A stretch of 64,000 nucleotides of DNA. Source: Blasia pusilla (lineage: Eukaryota). Made by a program: the position numbers and the translations under genes. The notes under the pieces were generated by a model. It was not told where the DNA came from. It was given only the letters and a program-made list of their open reading frames with translations, and ran no database searches. Of the stretch, positions 28,201-42,439 are shown piece by piece. Positions within the stretch are counted from its first letter, which is position 1, and every line of letters starts with the position of its first letter. The stretch lies in NCBI GenBank assembly GCA_050084515.1, contig CM114271.1, forward strand, positions 35,774,001-35,838,000, given 5' to 3'.

Positions 28201-30342
28201 ACAGATCACATACGCCTGCCAAAACAATTGTACGACGATAAGGTGTGGGGGCAATTTGGAATGTAAACCAAAGGATATTAAGACCAACTTGTAATGATCA
28301 TATATTTCAGGGCAGGGTTGTCCATTTCACCGTAAGAAATCCTGAAGTTTTGGGATGGTCGCCACGGTCCATTTGTGGTGACCATCCCACAATGGACCGT
28401 GGTGACCACAATCCCACAAATCCTTTAGATTTCGGTAGGAAGGTTTTTGTCAAAGAAAGATAACAACTTATCCTGCATTTTTTTTAAAGAGGAAGGGAGG
28501 ATTAGGATTCATTTCAGTGACCAAGTAGAGTACCAAAGTTAAGTACGTTGGTAGGCAAGTCTGAGCCGTTAAGTAGATCTGTAGCTGAGAACAGTGACCC
28601 CTACACTTCTCAGTTGCAATAAGCTGGGTAATATTCTCAAAGGCCCATTGAGAATGGTTATGGAGGTTTTTCTGACGTTTTGTATCTCTTCTTGACAGGC
28701 TTATCCCTATCCTTTCCTGAATGAAATGCCTCAGCCACAAGGGTTTCTCATTATGACTGTCTTGGCATTCTCCGTCTTATTCTGCTTCTCCAAGTTAGGA
28801 ACGAAGATAGCAGGTAAGCCTGGGAAAACAAAAAGCCCTTGAGGTGTGTCGTTCGTCATCATTACAATGGTATGGCCCTTGGAGGATGCAAGGCTGGGTA
28901 CCTGTACACTGGTGCTAGAACAAATTGGTTCTGGTTGTATTATAGCGTAAATATGACAACCTGAACACCAAGATCTATCTATTACAGAATCCTCCAACTC
29001 CATAGAGTTGGAGAGGTTGAAATCCAAGCCTTAGAGACTGATCTTCCAATGAAACGTACAGTATGAAATGTGTCGGTTCCTGTGGTATCAATCATTCGTC
29101 ACTCGCCAAGAATAAAATCCAAGAAACGGAACTGGTTTTCTACTCGACTTATGACCACCTGTGGCTCATAGCACATCTGATACTTATAGCCAGTGTCGTT
29201 GCTTTTTGAACGCTAGAGATTTGTTTGACACTGTCCTTCCCTTATCGGGAGCCATTGGCGTTCATTCAGCTCGATGGAACATGAGGGCGTGTCATAACGT
29301 AGCAACAGAGCTGTGTATAGCTTTTAACGTAGCAACAGGACTGAAATCGTGACCAATGCGGTGAACGAATCTGGAAGAGCAGATCAGCTTCTTGATCGTG
29401 CAGTCAGTGTTAACATTAGTCTCGAAGAAGTGGTTGTTGGAGGGTTCGGTTTCGTCTTGCCATATATAATCCTGGTTTTGTACCCAGTGATGCCGCGAGT
29501 GGGGAAAGGTTTCTGGTAGCATCCATTACTTAAATGAAGACAGCGAGCTCGTACAGGCAGATATGATATATTGGAAAATTGTCCATGTGAAAAATGATTT
29601 CCTGGACAAACTTTCAGAAAGATTGGTATTCTTTTGAAGAAATCAACTTACAATTCTTGCCATACAAAGAACATTATGAATCAAACTTACAAGCAACTTT
29701 GAGGATAACGATGAGAATCTCAACACATGTCGAGTGTAGATTTATATGGGAGCACTTTTGAGGAAGTTCTTATACTATAGTGGATAGAATCCGGGGATTT
29801 GGAATTTGTTTGCGCATCTCAATCCAAATCTCTTTATTATGCATTCATCAAAAAACATGTGGAAGTGGTACGCCATTTTCCATTCTTCCCTGTATTATGT
29901 TGAATCGGGACATCAAATTGCATTCAGAAAATCTGAAAACTCTATTCAAATGCAATACTTTCCAATTTCTCATATCATTATGCTAATTCGGGACAACCAT
30001 CTTCGAATTTCTGTGGGACCCCAAGTTACAAGTTCTCCCTTTTTTTCTTTTGTCCAAAACACGTGTTTGATAATTATTCTCTCCCCACCTCTCTCAAAAT
30101 GAAACCGGGTCATCTAGAATTTGAAATTTCATAAGGTACTCTATTACCACCTCCCTTCTCAAATTATTAAATTTGGTCGGTCGTAAACTTGAGAAAATGA
30201 GAGTATACTTCTATCTATTCTCCACCATGTTGTCGTATCATTTATAGAGCAGACTGAGGAGGACTTGTCAAGCATAACTTGAGAGGTTGGGCATCAACAT
30301 TCACAAGAAAAGATCCTCTTCCATTTGGAACTCTTTTGTGAC

Positions 30343-30614
30343 CATGGTTGCACGGAAACGGACAAGTCCTACACCCGTTGCGTGGCCCACAGCCCGGTCG
30401 AGATGCAGGCTTGGGACGTGGGGCGAGCCTCGAGCTAGCGCTAGGCGGCCTACGGGCTACGCAACAGGGACGGGCTCCGGGCGGGCTCGGGTGCGGGCTT
30501 GGATGTGGGCCTCGGGTATCCGGGCCCGCACGGACATGTCCGTCAATAGGACGGACGTAAGTCCGCGGACATGGACATGTCTGCGCACACGGACTTTGTC
30601 AGTGTGCAACCTTG
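30343..30614. mobile_element. hAT-type MITE
   Basis: Ends CATGGTTGCA / TGCAACCTTG; flanks TTTGTGAC / TGTGTGTC (6/8). Confidence 0.8.
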
Positions 30615-30691
30615 TGTGTGTCTCTTTAGTGATTGTAGAAGATTTCATGATTCATATCTGATTTCTATGCAACTGCCTAATTTGTGATTGT

Positions 30692-31173
30692 GGAGAGCCT
30701 CATGATAGCTGTAAAATATCAATTTATTTATTTTCAACTATTGGGGAGTCTCGTGATTTCCTCCCATGCCTTTCCATGTTGGAGGAAAATCATGGGAGGA
30801 AAAGTCATTGGGACAAAACATAAGATTGGGCTCAAAATTATAGGATGAAAACTAGGAAATGATGAAAATTTTGGGTAAGAGGGGGTTAATAATCATTTTT
30901 TTTAACAAGTTGTGATTGAGGTAAGATTTTTGACACTCATCATAATGATTGCAAGACAATCACACTACACTAAAAAATCGCAAGACAAATCGCAAGAAAT
31001 TCCTCCCTTCCAAAACAACACCATTTTGCTATTGTGATTGATTTTTTTCACGTTACCATGGTGCAATTATTAATGGTCGCAACCATTGAGAGACGCTTAC
31101 AAAGCACCTAGAGACTCCCTAATAGTTGGAAAAAATAATTTGATTTTTTATAACTATTATGAGAGTCTTTTCC
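30692..31173. mobile_element. Second MITE-like element with ~60-bp imperfect terminal inverted repeats
   Basis: 30692-30751 is the approximate reverse complement of 31111-31173 (GAGACTCCC..AATAGTTG...). Confidence 0.6.
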
Positions 31174-31356
31174 TCCCATGATTTCCCTCCCAAAAAATTT
31201 CCATTTCCTCCCATGATTTTCCATATTAGAGATGAGTCAAGGAGGGGAAGGAAAGTTTTGGAGTATACCTACTTTCTTTTGTCAACAATGGAAAGAAGGT
31301 ATTGTTGAAAAAAGGGCACCCTCCCCAAATATATGCATAGTTGTAGAGAGCCATCC

Positions 31357-31853
31357 CAAGATTGCAGGGAAATGAACTTGTTCGTCCATGTGACGGACAT
31401 GCCCAACAGATCTTCCGCCCAAGTTTTTACAATACTTAGATCGCCCACGTGGGCTCGAGAGGAGAGAACAAGTGCGAGCTCGAATCAAGGGAGGTGGGCA
31501 CAAATCCAACAAGTGTGCAGGCTACTAGCCCACACCGACACATGATAAGCCCACACACCCTATGCGGGCCAAAAGTGGGTCAATGCAAGCCACGCGTAAG
31601 ATTGTGCGAGGCTTGGATTCGGTGCGGGCTACCAAATAGGTGGCAAGAATGAGCGAAGGTTCGTTGTAGTGGGTACGAGATAGTGAAGCCTAGGTCTATG
31701 TTGCAGGCGGCTCCCGCCTGCAACATAGACATAGGCTTCACTATCTCGCACCCACTACAAGTATGGATCGTGAGAACTAAGGACTTCATTGACATGTCCG
31801 TCATAAGACGAACATAAGTCCGCAAACACAGACTTTTTCTATTTGCAACCTTC
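31357..31853. mobile_element. hAT-type MITE containing a long internal hairpin
   Basis: Ends CAAGATTGCA / TGCAACCTTC; flanks AGCCATCC / AGTCAGCC (6/8). Confidence 0.75.
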
Positions 31854-32428
31854 AGTCAGCCTTAAGATGAACATTACTCATGTCAAGAAGGAATTCTACA
31901 TACGTCAATCGACAACATAAAATTGAGGAAATATGGGATTAGCGAGTAGGCCATTTATTTCCAATACTTTGGCAAGGGTATGGCCAACCAATCTAGAGAT
32001 GCATTTGTGAGTATGCCTCACTTCTAAAAAGAGTATCTTAGGATGTAATGAATGTTGTTCTATAAAATTTTGGCACTAACACATATCATTTAGACATTGG
32101 TTGTATCAAAGTATACGCAATATAAGAAATGTCCAACCAATATCCAAGGTTGTACAAAAATGGACTAATCCATTTATGGGATAGACACGTCCGGACATCT
32201 CCACGGACATGCCATCCCGCACATGTTCTCGCACCATGGCCTGTATCACTACCGCAATCCCCACCCACGTCCATCCCATACCTTGCCCATGTTTGGCTTG
32301 TGCCCACCCCACCTCCAGCTTGCATCCCTCTTGCACAGGTTGGACATGGATTTAGGGTGCGAGCTTCACGGGTTGAACATGGGCCCAAAAGAATTTAATA
32401 GAAAAAATAAAAATAAAAAAATAAACTA

Positions 32429-33701
32429 TATCGTATAATAAAATTAGCTAGAGTGTTAATTCATTCCTCATTAAGTGTTAGATAGAGTTTTATTAGTATT
32501 CAGTAAATTAGCTTAGGAAAAGGAAATTTCCATGTTTAAACCTCTTTATGGTGTATGTTTTACGCGGGCCCAACTTTAGGAAAAGATGTAATAAATAAAC
32601 GATGACTTTATAAAAGTAAAGTAATGAGGTTGGTGATTTAATGAAAAGAAAAAGTAGTGTTGGTTTGTGGCTAGGTTAGTTGGGATAATTTGGAAAATAT
32701 CATGTGGGTAAAAAAGGATATTTTGGAAAAGATAAGAGGAAATCTACTTGTGTCAAAATATGATTGGCTAAGCTTTGAAATGAAGTCATGTGGCACAAGA
32801 TAAGATTAGTTCTATTTCGTACTCTTGTGGATCCCTTGTGAGTACATAAAGAAGAGGACCTTCAAGGGTTCATCACCTTCTATTTCACATCTTAAGTCTC
32901 TCGTGTCACTCTTGAGTGTATGGCTTTGGGATTGCTTGTTCTTCCAATGAGAGTGGATCACCCCTCTTGGGAGAGTAACTTGACCATGGTCTATTCTTGA
33001 AGAGGTTTCTAAAGTGTAGTGTATGTGAAGATGAGAGGCTTTTCACCTTGGAAGAGTTTAGTGATACTAAAATAAGGAATGTTTTGGCTTGTTATTTTCC
33101 CAATGAGAGTGGATTATTCTCTTGGAAAATAATTTTGCCAAAGCCCATTCTTGAGGAGAGTAGAGAATGTCTATCAAGCATGGATAGGGGTGGAGCACGA
33201 GTTGTGCCTGACTTTCTTTTCCTCAATCCTTACCATGTCAATGTACTTTTTGTAGATAAACATTGGTTCACTCGTCATTTAGTTTATCACTTTGGGGAGG
33301 CGTTCATGAACCAGGTCATGCAATCTCCAACTCCGGTGATTATTCCTATTGTCACATATGGAAGGACATGGGATTGTACTTTGTATGTCCTTATATAGCG
33401 ATCCATGGACGTCAATAGGCCTACTCTAGTAGGATTTAATAGTAGTTGTGCTATCTTTCTCGTATACAAGCGTAAAATATTTTATAGGGATTTTATGGAT
33501 AGGAATTCCGGGGTCCGATGTTACGAAGAAAAGTTCGCCTCGGCACTTCTATTTATGATACCTCTTGTGAGAGAATGGAGAGTATACATAATAATTTTGT
33601 ATTGAAAAATGAGAACTTCTTAGAGAGTTCACCTTGCATTGACCACGTCTGCCGCAGCTAGAAGGCTCACCCTTACTCGAAGAAAGGCTCTCGATACCAC
33701 A
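32429..33701 (+). mobile_element. ~1.27 kb solo-LTR-like unit, copy 1
   Basis: Colinear with 45378-46654; ends TATCGTATA...CGATACCACA; no recognisable coding region. Confidence 0.75.
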
Positions 33702-33989
33702 ACGGCCCTCCCGCACCCGAACCTTTCCTGTTCAAACACCGGCTATTGTCAAGGGAGGTATGAGGGCCAAAGGGGGGTACATGGTGGGATCAAGTATGAG
33801 TAGGGAAAGCTTGGGTGTGGGATGCATGTGCTTGGGCCCTGTTGCGCGCATACACATCGCTACAGAACATACATTATTGTTACCGAACACACACACAGAA
33901 ACACACACGATCCCATGCTAACTCATGACATCCAAACAACGAGACAAGAAGTACCAAAATATCTCTAAAATATGATCCAATCTCTCTTA

Positions 33990-36900
33990 TATTGAAGATT
34001 GAGTTACAGTCAAACTCATGAGACACCTGAACTGCTATATTTGGTACTCATACGAAGTAGGGAAGCTTAATCTTGGTTAAGTCAATTAAGCACGATTATC
34101 TTAACTAGGATTAGTTAATCACAATTAGTCTAACTCGAGATTATGGTTTAGGGTTGCTTGTACATACCCTATATAATTGAGAAGAGGATCAGCCTCCACT
34201 CATTCTCTCATTGCAAATTTTGTTCTCCATGATGGTGTGTGTGTGTGAGAGCCGTTTTCCACCAGTTATGCTTGTTTAGCAGTTTTCCATATGGTATCAG
34301 AACGGGAGAAGAACATCACTTGAAATTCTTGGTGTTTGAAGAGAGGCAAGAGAAGGAAAATTTTCATTTTGGGAGAAGGAAATTTGATTCAGAGCTCAGT
34401 GTGTGCAGATTTCAGGTGGAGCTTTGACGGTGATAAAACTTTGAAGGCGTTTTGTAGGGCTTTCCCGGTCAATTCAGCCGTCTGGGTCCGCTTTGGCTAG
34501 AACGACATTGATGACTAGTTGTAATTGTTTTATAGAGCTCGTCGAGAGCTTTTCAATGCATCCAAAATCGCTAGATTGTGACACTCTGAGCTCGTGCAGC
34601 AACAATTTCAGTATAGGAAAGTGCAATTAGTAAGAAAAGTTGTGCAGTTTGCTCTCTACATGCCAATTTCGACTAGTTCTTTCTAACAACTGATCAATTT
34701 TTGGCAAATTTCAGGTTGATTTCTATGTAGGAGTGGTCTATGCTTCAATTGGAGCAGTAGAAAGCCTGAAATTATGTTTTCTTGAGTGAAATCGTTTATC
34801 ATGGAGTATTCCTCATCAACTATCACAAACGAGAAGCTAGACAAGCAGAATTACAATATCTGGAAGTTTCGCATGAAACGATTTCTCATGGGTCAAGAAC
34901 TATGGGAGCTTGTCACAAGTGATGAGGCCAAGCCAAAAGGTGACTCAACAGACTTGAATGTTTACGCTTGGAACAAACGCGCAAGGCAAGTAATCCACTA
35001 CATTTCAATAACAATCAGTTCGCCAATCATAGGTCACATCCAAGATGTTGATATTCCGAAGGAGGCTTGGGATTCATTGGAAAAACTGTTCAAGACATCT
35101 ACAAAGGCTAGAAAGCTTCAATTGAAACAACAATTGAACGAAGTGAGGAAAGGATCGTAGAGCATCAATGATTATATTTTGACTATCAGACATATTTTTG
35201 ATCAGTTGAATAGCATTGGAGTGACAGTAGAAGATGATGATCTGATTTTATTCACTCTTCAAGGCCTTCCAAAGGATTACAAGTCCTTTGAGACCTCTAT
35301 CTCTGTGAGAGATAAGTATCCAACCTTTCAAGAGTTAGTTCCTTTGTTGATCAGTGAAGAGATGTGCCTAGTAGGCAGCGGTAGCTCGTCTAGTCTGCAA
35401 GAGAGTGCGCTATTTGCAGGTTATGGATCAAACACAGGCAGGGGTCGTGGCAAAAACTTACGCGATCGTAATGGATATCAAGCATATGGAGGAAGAGGCA
35501 CTCAATATAACATCATTCAATCAACTACGAACCAATACGAGACACAATCACAAGGTGGTGATGGTGGAAGCCGTCGGGGTCAGCAGCAGAGGGTCCCTGG
35601 ATATTGCAATTACTGTGGGATAAAGTATCACTATGCAAAGTTTTGCTTCAAGAAGAAGACAAAACAAGAGCCTTACAGCAACAAAACTATGTGAACCAAC
35701 AATACCAAGAGCAATACCAAGAACAACAACATTCACAAACGGAGCATCTCTTGGTCATGACTCATCATATGGGAGCAATGGTCAAGAAAGACTCGACAGC
35801 AGATTGGTACATTGACTGCGGTGCATCAAAAAACATGATCTCACAAGCGAAATGGTTCAGTAGTTTTGAGTCGGTGAAAGATCCTGCAATTATGCTCACA
35901 GGAGATGACACTCAACATCATATCACGCATATCGGTAAAGTTCAATAACATCATATGGTCTTTATGCTCTTGGAAATGTTCTCTATATTCCTACCATTGC
36001 AAGAAATTTGATCTCTGTAGGACAAATAGTAGAACACGGTTATCAAGTGAAGTTTAACGCATATAGTTGTTTCATTGAAAAAATGGATGACCAAACTACG
36101 ATAGCCAAAGGAACTAGATTTGGCAGAATGTTCAAATTAGATGTTTCTGTGCGAAAGATTCAAACAACAATGTATGGTCAAACCGGCCAACAAGTCACAA
36201 ATCTAAATGTGTGGCATAAAAGAATTGGACATTTGAATCTTCAAAGATTACAGAGTTTTTCATCATCTAATATAGTAATAGGACTCCCTAAATTAGCGAG
36301 TCCTACTACATTAGAGGTATGTCTTGCTTGCCAATTTGGAAAACAAGCTAGATTTCCTTTTCCAAAGCAAGGTAGAAGAGCATCCAAGATATTTGAGTTA
36401 ATCCACAGTGATGTGTGGACAACATCACAACATAGCCTTAAGTGGTTGCCAGTACTTTGTTTCATTAATTGATAACTTCTCTAGGTATATATGGATATAC
36501 TTTCTGAAAGCCAAGTTGGAGGTATTCTCAATATTCCAAACATTCCGAGTTCTAGTAGAGAAGCAGACTGAACAACACATTTTGAAATTGCATTGAGATG
36601 GAGGAGGAAAGTATCTTTCAACAGAGTTTGATGATTATTTATGTTAGAATGGCATCCAACGTCAAGTGACTTGTCGTTACACTCCACAACAAAATGGAGT
36701 GGCTGAGAGGAAGAATCGATATATTTCTGAAGCGGCACGAGCTATGCTGAATGAGAAGAACATGCCTAAGGTGTACTGGGTAGAGGCTGTAGCATGTGCA
36801 GTCTTCTTAATCAACCGAACTCCAACAACAAGAGTTCATGATAAAACTCCATTCGAAGTGTTCACATGAAGTAAACCTGAATTTTCCTTCTTGAAAGTAT

Positions 36901-39248
36901 TTGGCTATATTTTTTATGCTCATGTTCCTTCTGACAGACGTCAGAAATTAGACCCCAAGTCTGAAAGATGTATCTTCATTGGCTATGCTGATGGAACTAA
37001 GGGATATAAGTGCTACATTCCATCTTCTAGGAAGCTTATTATTAGTCAGGATGTTGTTTTGATGAGCTAAAGTCATGGTATGCTCCATCTGAGCCTATTC
37101 CACCTCTAAACTTGTTTGTTGAGGGGAAGAATATGACTATAAACCAACAGACATTGTCTTCAACTTCCCCAAGTACTAGTGCAAGATTAAGAGAGGTCCT
37201 AGATTTATCATTTAAATTTGTGAGTCCATGGACGGGAAGAGTACATATTCAGTCTGTTGACACTAGTCACAGCTCGAATTAGGTGTCAAAGGCATCTACC
37301 TCTGAACAACAACTTTGTAGATCAAGTAGAGTTACACATATAGTTCATAGAATTCATAAATAAAGGTTTCCTTGCGACACATCATGCATTTATGATGACT
37401 ATCTTTCAAGAGCAAGAGCCGAGTTTTTTTGAAGAAGCTACGAGTAAAGTCGAATGGATTGAAGCTATGGAGGAAGAGCTTGCTACATTAAGACATCAAC
37501 AAACATGGGAGCTGGTTGACATACCTTCCGTTAAGGAAGCTATTGGTTGCAAATGGTTTTACAAAATCAAGATGGTACAATTAACAGATAGAAAACGAGA
37601 TTGGTGGCTAAGGGCTATGCACAACAATATGGTATCGATTATGAGGAAACATTTAGCTCTGTTGCAAAGATGGCAACTACGAGAACAGTGGTTGCAATTG
37701 CAGTAAGTAAGAAGTAGAGATTACATCATATGGACGTCAAGAATGCCTTCTTGAATGGAGATCTATACGAGGAGGTATATATGACTCAACCACTTGGATA
37801 CAAGCATCCCAAGTTTCCATTTTGCGTATGCAGGTTGAAGAAAGCTCTATATGGGCTCAAACAAGCTCCAAGAGCTTGATATGGCAAGATTACATACGTC
37901 CTACAAGAGTTGGGTTTTAGGGTATGTGATTCTGACTCCTCGTTATATGTCTTGAGAGGACGAGATCATACAGTTCTTATTGTGTTGTATGTTGATGATC
38001 TCTTGATTACTGGGAGTACTGAAGAAATGGTACAATAAGTCAAGCTTAAGTTACAAGCAGAATTTGATATGAAGGACTTGGGAGAACTCAACTACTTCCT
38101 TGGTTTTGAATTTATCAAGGTTGGAGAGAGCATGTGGTTACTACAATGACAATATGCTCTTCATATGCTTTCAAAATATTGTATGAGGACTTGTAAGCCA
38201 ATCTCTACATCGTTGGACCAGAGCGTGAAGTTAAGAGTGGATGAAGGAGAGTTGCTTTTAGATTCTAATATGTATAGTTGGAAGTTTGATCTATCTAACT
38301 ATAAACAGACCAGATTTGAGCTATGCTATTGGCCTAGTGAGCCATTTTTGCAAGCACCTCGAAAACCTCACCTTGATGCTGTGAGGAGGATGATGCGTTA
38401 TGTGAAATTCTCTATTCAATTCGGGCTTCAATTTGAACCTTCTCCGAGTTTTCAATCACAAGGATTCACAGATGCTAATTGGGCAGGAAGCGTGTCTGAT
38501 CGACACTCCACATCTAGTTATTCATTTACTTTGGGAAGCGTAGCTATAAGTTGGACTTCAAAGAAGCAACCTACAGTTGCTTTATCTTCAACAGAGGCTG
38601 AGTACAGAGGAGCAACCAATACAGCATATGAGGCGGTGTGGCTTCATTGATTACTTGTTGAGATGGATGTTAGTAACTTAGGACCAAGTGTAATATATGC
38701 AGAAAATATAAGTAGCATCAAGCTTGGTAATAACCCTGTGTTTCATGCTCGTACAAAGCATGTTGAGGTGAACTATCATTTTATCAGAGAGAAAGTGCTT
38801 GTAGGAGAAATTGATCTTGTGTATATAGGAACAGATCAGCAAATTGCTGACATCTTTACAAAGGCATTGTCTACATATAAGTTTGAGATGTTTAGAAAGA
38901 ATTTAGGCGTTAGAGATATAGATATGAACTTGAGGGGGAGTATTGAAGATTGAGTTACAATGAAGCTCATGAGATACCTGAACTGCTACATTTGGTACTC
39001 ACACGAAGTAGGGAAGCTTAATTTTGGTTAGTCAGTTAAGCACGATTGTCTTAACTAGAGTTAGTTAATCACAGATTAGTCTAACTCGAGACTATGGTTT
39101 AGGGTTAGGGTTTCTCGTACATACCCTATATAATTGAGAAGAGGACCAACCTCCACTCATTCTATCATTGCAAATTTTGTTCTCCATGATGGTGTGTGTG
39201 TGAGAGAGCCGTTTTCCACGAGTTATGCTTGTTTAGCAGTTTTCCACA
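33990..39248 (+). mobile_element. Ty1/copia LTR retrotransposon, full length but decayed, inserted in the A2 repeat of copy 2
   Basis: LTRs 33990-34291 and 38941-39248; PBS TGGTATCAGA 34292-34301; PPT GAGGGGGAG ending 38940; 5-bp TSD TCTTA (33985-33989 / 39249-39253). Confidence 0.96.
34801..38953 (+). pseudogene. copia gag-pol (gag, protease, integrase, RT, RNase H), disrupted
   Basis: NYNIWKFRM; CNYCGIKYHYAKFC; WYIDCGAS; WHKRIGH...CLACQFGK; TPQQNGVAERKNR; LYVDDL ~37985; DANWAG; ALSSTEAEY; HARTKHVEV; ADIFTKAL. Many stops. Confidence 0.95.
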
Positions 39249-40042
39249 TCTTACAACAACATAATTCTCACATATGTGCACTCTCACATATCTCTCTCAA
39301 TGTCAAACCAAACCCACTCTCCTAATGAGAGGCTTGGGTTACACACACAAGGCAAGCAAGACCATAGCTCCGTCACCTTATGCCAAGATGTTCAACAAAG
39401 AGAGAATGAGCTCTCAAGCTCTCTCTCTCCTTGAGGTATATCCCTCCCCTCTCCCAAACTCTCTCCATGGTAACCTATGCTCCCAAGTCACCTCCTTGGC
39501 TCTTGACCTAATGTAGGAGGTAAAGGGCCACTTTATAAAAATAGAAAGTCGATCATATACTCAAAATTGTACTTATCTAAAATAGTAAGTTTCTCAATAT
39601 GGCTCCAAATGAGCCGAAACGAAAGGAAAACCTATTCTCTCAAGTTTCCTGGAGCTTCAGCAGTCATCCTCGACCTACTGATCCTGTCCTCCACTACTCA
39701 CAAAGTTGCTCTACTAGATGTCACCGATCTATCCTAAAAGACGTGATAGTTGTGGTGTGCATACACATCGCTACACGACATATATACATCGCTATCATCG
39801 ATCACACACACAAACACATACGATACCATGCTAACTCATTGCATCCAAACAACTATCACCCTCCTAGATGGTGGTTAGGTCCTTCTAACTGCAGATAGCC
39901 ATCTATCCCCACTTACCATGACATATATCTCTCGGACGCTAAGAGCAAGAAGGTCGGATGCTCATGAGGCCCCATCGTTAGTCGCTTTCTTGTCATCCAT
40001 GTCACAAACACAAGTCAGAATGTAGAACTACCTAATCTATGT

Positions 40043-40177
40043 ACATCTGGGACACATCCATCGTCCCTGAGGAACCCTAGTGAGAGGTGGTATAAAACAT
40101 GCCATATGCCATCCTCTCGAACACCCATCACATAGTAGCATAGTGGTTGCACCATGGGCGAAACCACACAACACACA
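40043..40177 (-). pseudogene. PHD finger at the integrase C-terminus (copy 2)
   Basis: Manual translation CVLCGFAHGATTMLLCDGCSRGWHMACFIPPLTRVPQGRWMCPRC gives a complete C4-H-C3 pattern. Confidence 0.93.
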
Positions 40178-40186
40178 CCGCAAGCC

Positions 40187-41331
40187 TCAAGCAACTATTG
40201 CTAAGCTTGGATCAACTGTACCGTCAATCTTTGGAACATGACATGGCGCACAGTTACGTACATGATGCTTCCAAACCATACTATCACGTCCCTCGAATAA
40301 GAGAACACCGGATGGCAAAACCTCACGCACTCTCAAGATGGTGCGCCCTATAGTCACATCCAACGTCGTGGATGCCGTCTGCTGCAAGTAGACATAGTCT
40401 TTTTTATGAAACCTTGGGATATTAGATCGATAACCACCTCCCTGAATAGTCGCATACCTTCACCTATCCCGATGTTGCGCAATCGCCAAGTTCTCAAACG
40501 CCATGGGCATCACTCTCCGAAACAACTTAGCCCTCTGAGAACATGCTCGCATCCATACATCAGGGTCGTCAAGGTTCAATACCTCACCAACATCTCGACA
40601 AATGGACGTAGGTAAATCGGGCTCTCGGCCATAAAACAACAAGAACGGTGAGAAAGACGTTAAGGATGCCTGCCTACTGAATCTGTATTCCATCTCCAAC
40701 CACGGTAATTGAAGGTCCCAATCTCCTAGGTGACCTCTCTGCAAGCCATACTTGCGTAGTCCTCTCTTCACCATGTGCACAACCCGCTCTGGTAGTCCAT
40801 CTCCCCCAGGATGATCTCGCGAAGTAGTGCGGTCGTTGATCAGTGCCAGATCACACAAGGCCTGAAACTTCCCGCGGAACTGTGTACTCTGGTCTGTCAA
40901 CACCTCAACTAGTGCACCGTAATGACTAAGCACTTGATCTAAAAAGGCATACGCTCCTCCCTCACTCGCTTTGTCAAGAAATGCTACCAACTCTATCCAC
41001 TTCGAGAAGTGCTCGACCATCACCAACACATAATGACTATGGCGCTCTGTCAAAGGCAAACGTCCTGCAAAATCCAAATTCCATCCATAACCTAAACCCA
41101 TGATTGGAAGTGGATGCAACTGTGGAGTCAGAGCATTGAACGATGCTCGGACTCGATCACACACCATACATATGGCAACAAACTGATGAACGTCAGTCTG
41201 CATGCCTCGCCACCAATATTGAATCTGGAGCAAGTTGTACGTCTGCTTCACTCCAAAATGAACTAACTCCTCGTGGGCATCACGTACCAAACGTGCTATC
41301 TGCGAAGGATGACGTGCCTCACTGCCTGTGA
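40187..41331 (-). pseudogene. gypsy-type DDE integrase (copy 2)
   Basis: H-x4-H...CMVC zinc motif, LDFAG, VLTDQ, DGLPER. Confidence 0.93.
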
Positions 41332-41985
41332 TCAACAGCCCGCATCCAATATAGAACCCACCAATAAATCGGAGGGACGCTCCACTCTTGCATGAGCCTT
41401 CCGTAAAACCTCATGTGGTACCAAGTTGGTCCACCAAAGATGCGGGCGGTGTGCTCTAGAACCTACACTCGCCGTATCTAACAACACTGCCGGGCCGATC
41501 CATGCGCGTACTTGATGTGCACTCGTCACCACGCGGGACCTTGAATCGCCCAAAATCGGCACATTCTCCAAAATGTATGTTGGAGAAATAGGCTGATGCT
41601 CATGTAAATGTTTGCAAGATCCGCATCATCTCCCAAAACAACTTGGACCGAGAGTCAGCTAATCTGCTACCCCGTCTAGCACTCGATAGGCCCTGACAGG
41701 GCCAACCAGCAATGACCAAGTCTATGGTCCCTACCCGCTCCAAGTCCTACGCCCCCAACAATGAAATGTCCCTCAGTGGGGAACTCTAGTAACCCTAAAT
41801 GGCGGACGCAGAAAACAAGTCGGGAATACGTAGGCGTAACAACGCCACATGGTAAAGTAAAGCGCGCCTTGCAACATCATCAATCTCCACATACAAGTAT
41901 TGTTGCACAGCCACTCCAACCTGCAAAATAGCAGCTAACCCAATGTTAATCCCTCCAAAGAGATCCAACACCCGAATATCCTTCT
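41332..41985 (-). pseudogene. C5 cytosine methyltransferase domain, motifs I-VIII (copy 2; C-terminus deleted)
   Basis: IRVLDLFGGINIGL, YVEIDD, DLVIAGWPCQG (~41690-41722), ENV, LDTASVGSRAHRPHLWWTN. Confidence 0.92.
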
Positions 41986-42439
41986 CTATGATGCACCACA
42001 CAATCGGGGTGGTGTCCAAAGGGGTCATAGCAGCACTCATGCCTACCTAGGGTTCCTCTGACCCGTTACACTCTAGTGCAAACGTCTCGCTCCACGCGAT
42101 CTACACATGCTCAGTGGCTAAGCGTCAAAACTCCTCAGTCAAGCCCAAAGCGGCATCTCTCCTCCATGGACTGATGCGGCTATCAGGACATTCCTCTCCA
42201 TAGAAATGTCAGGAACGGGAGTATCCTCTACATGGACATGTCTCTCAATCAAATCACAAGGCCAAGTGATGGCACTGCTAAATGCTGCTTAGGTTGCCAT
42301 CTCTCCTAGCCGTCGCTCGATCACTGCACCTGTGAATCAAACAAGTAATGAGCTAAGGTGCCCATGACCTGATTGCCATCCTGGTCTGTAGGACGCTGAC
42401 TCCTCCCAGTAATCCAGGGAAAACTCTATCGGGTATAAC

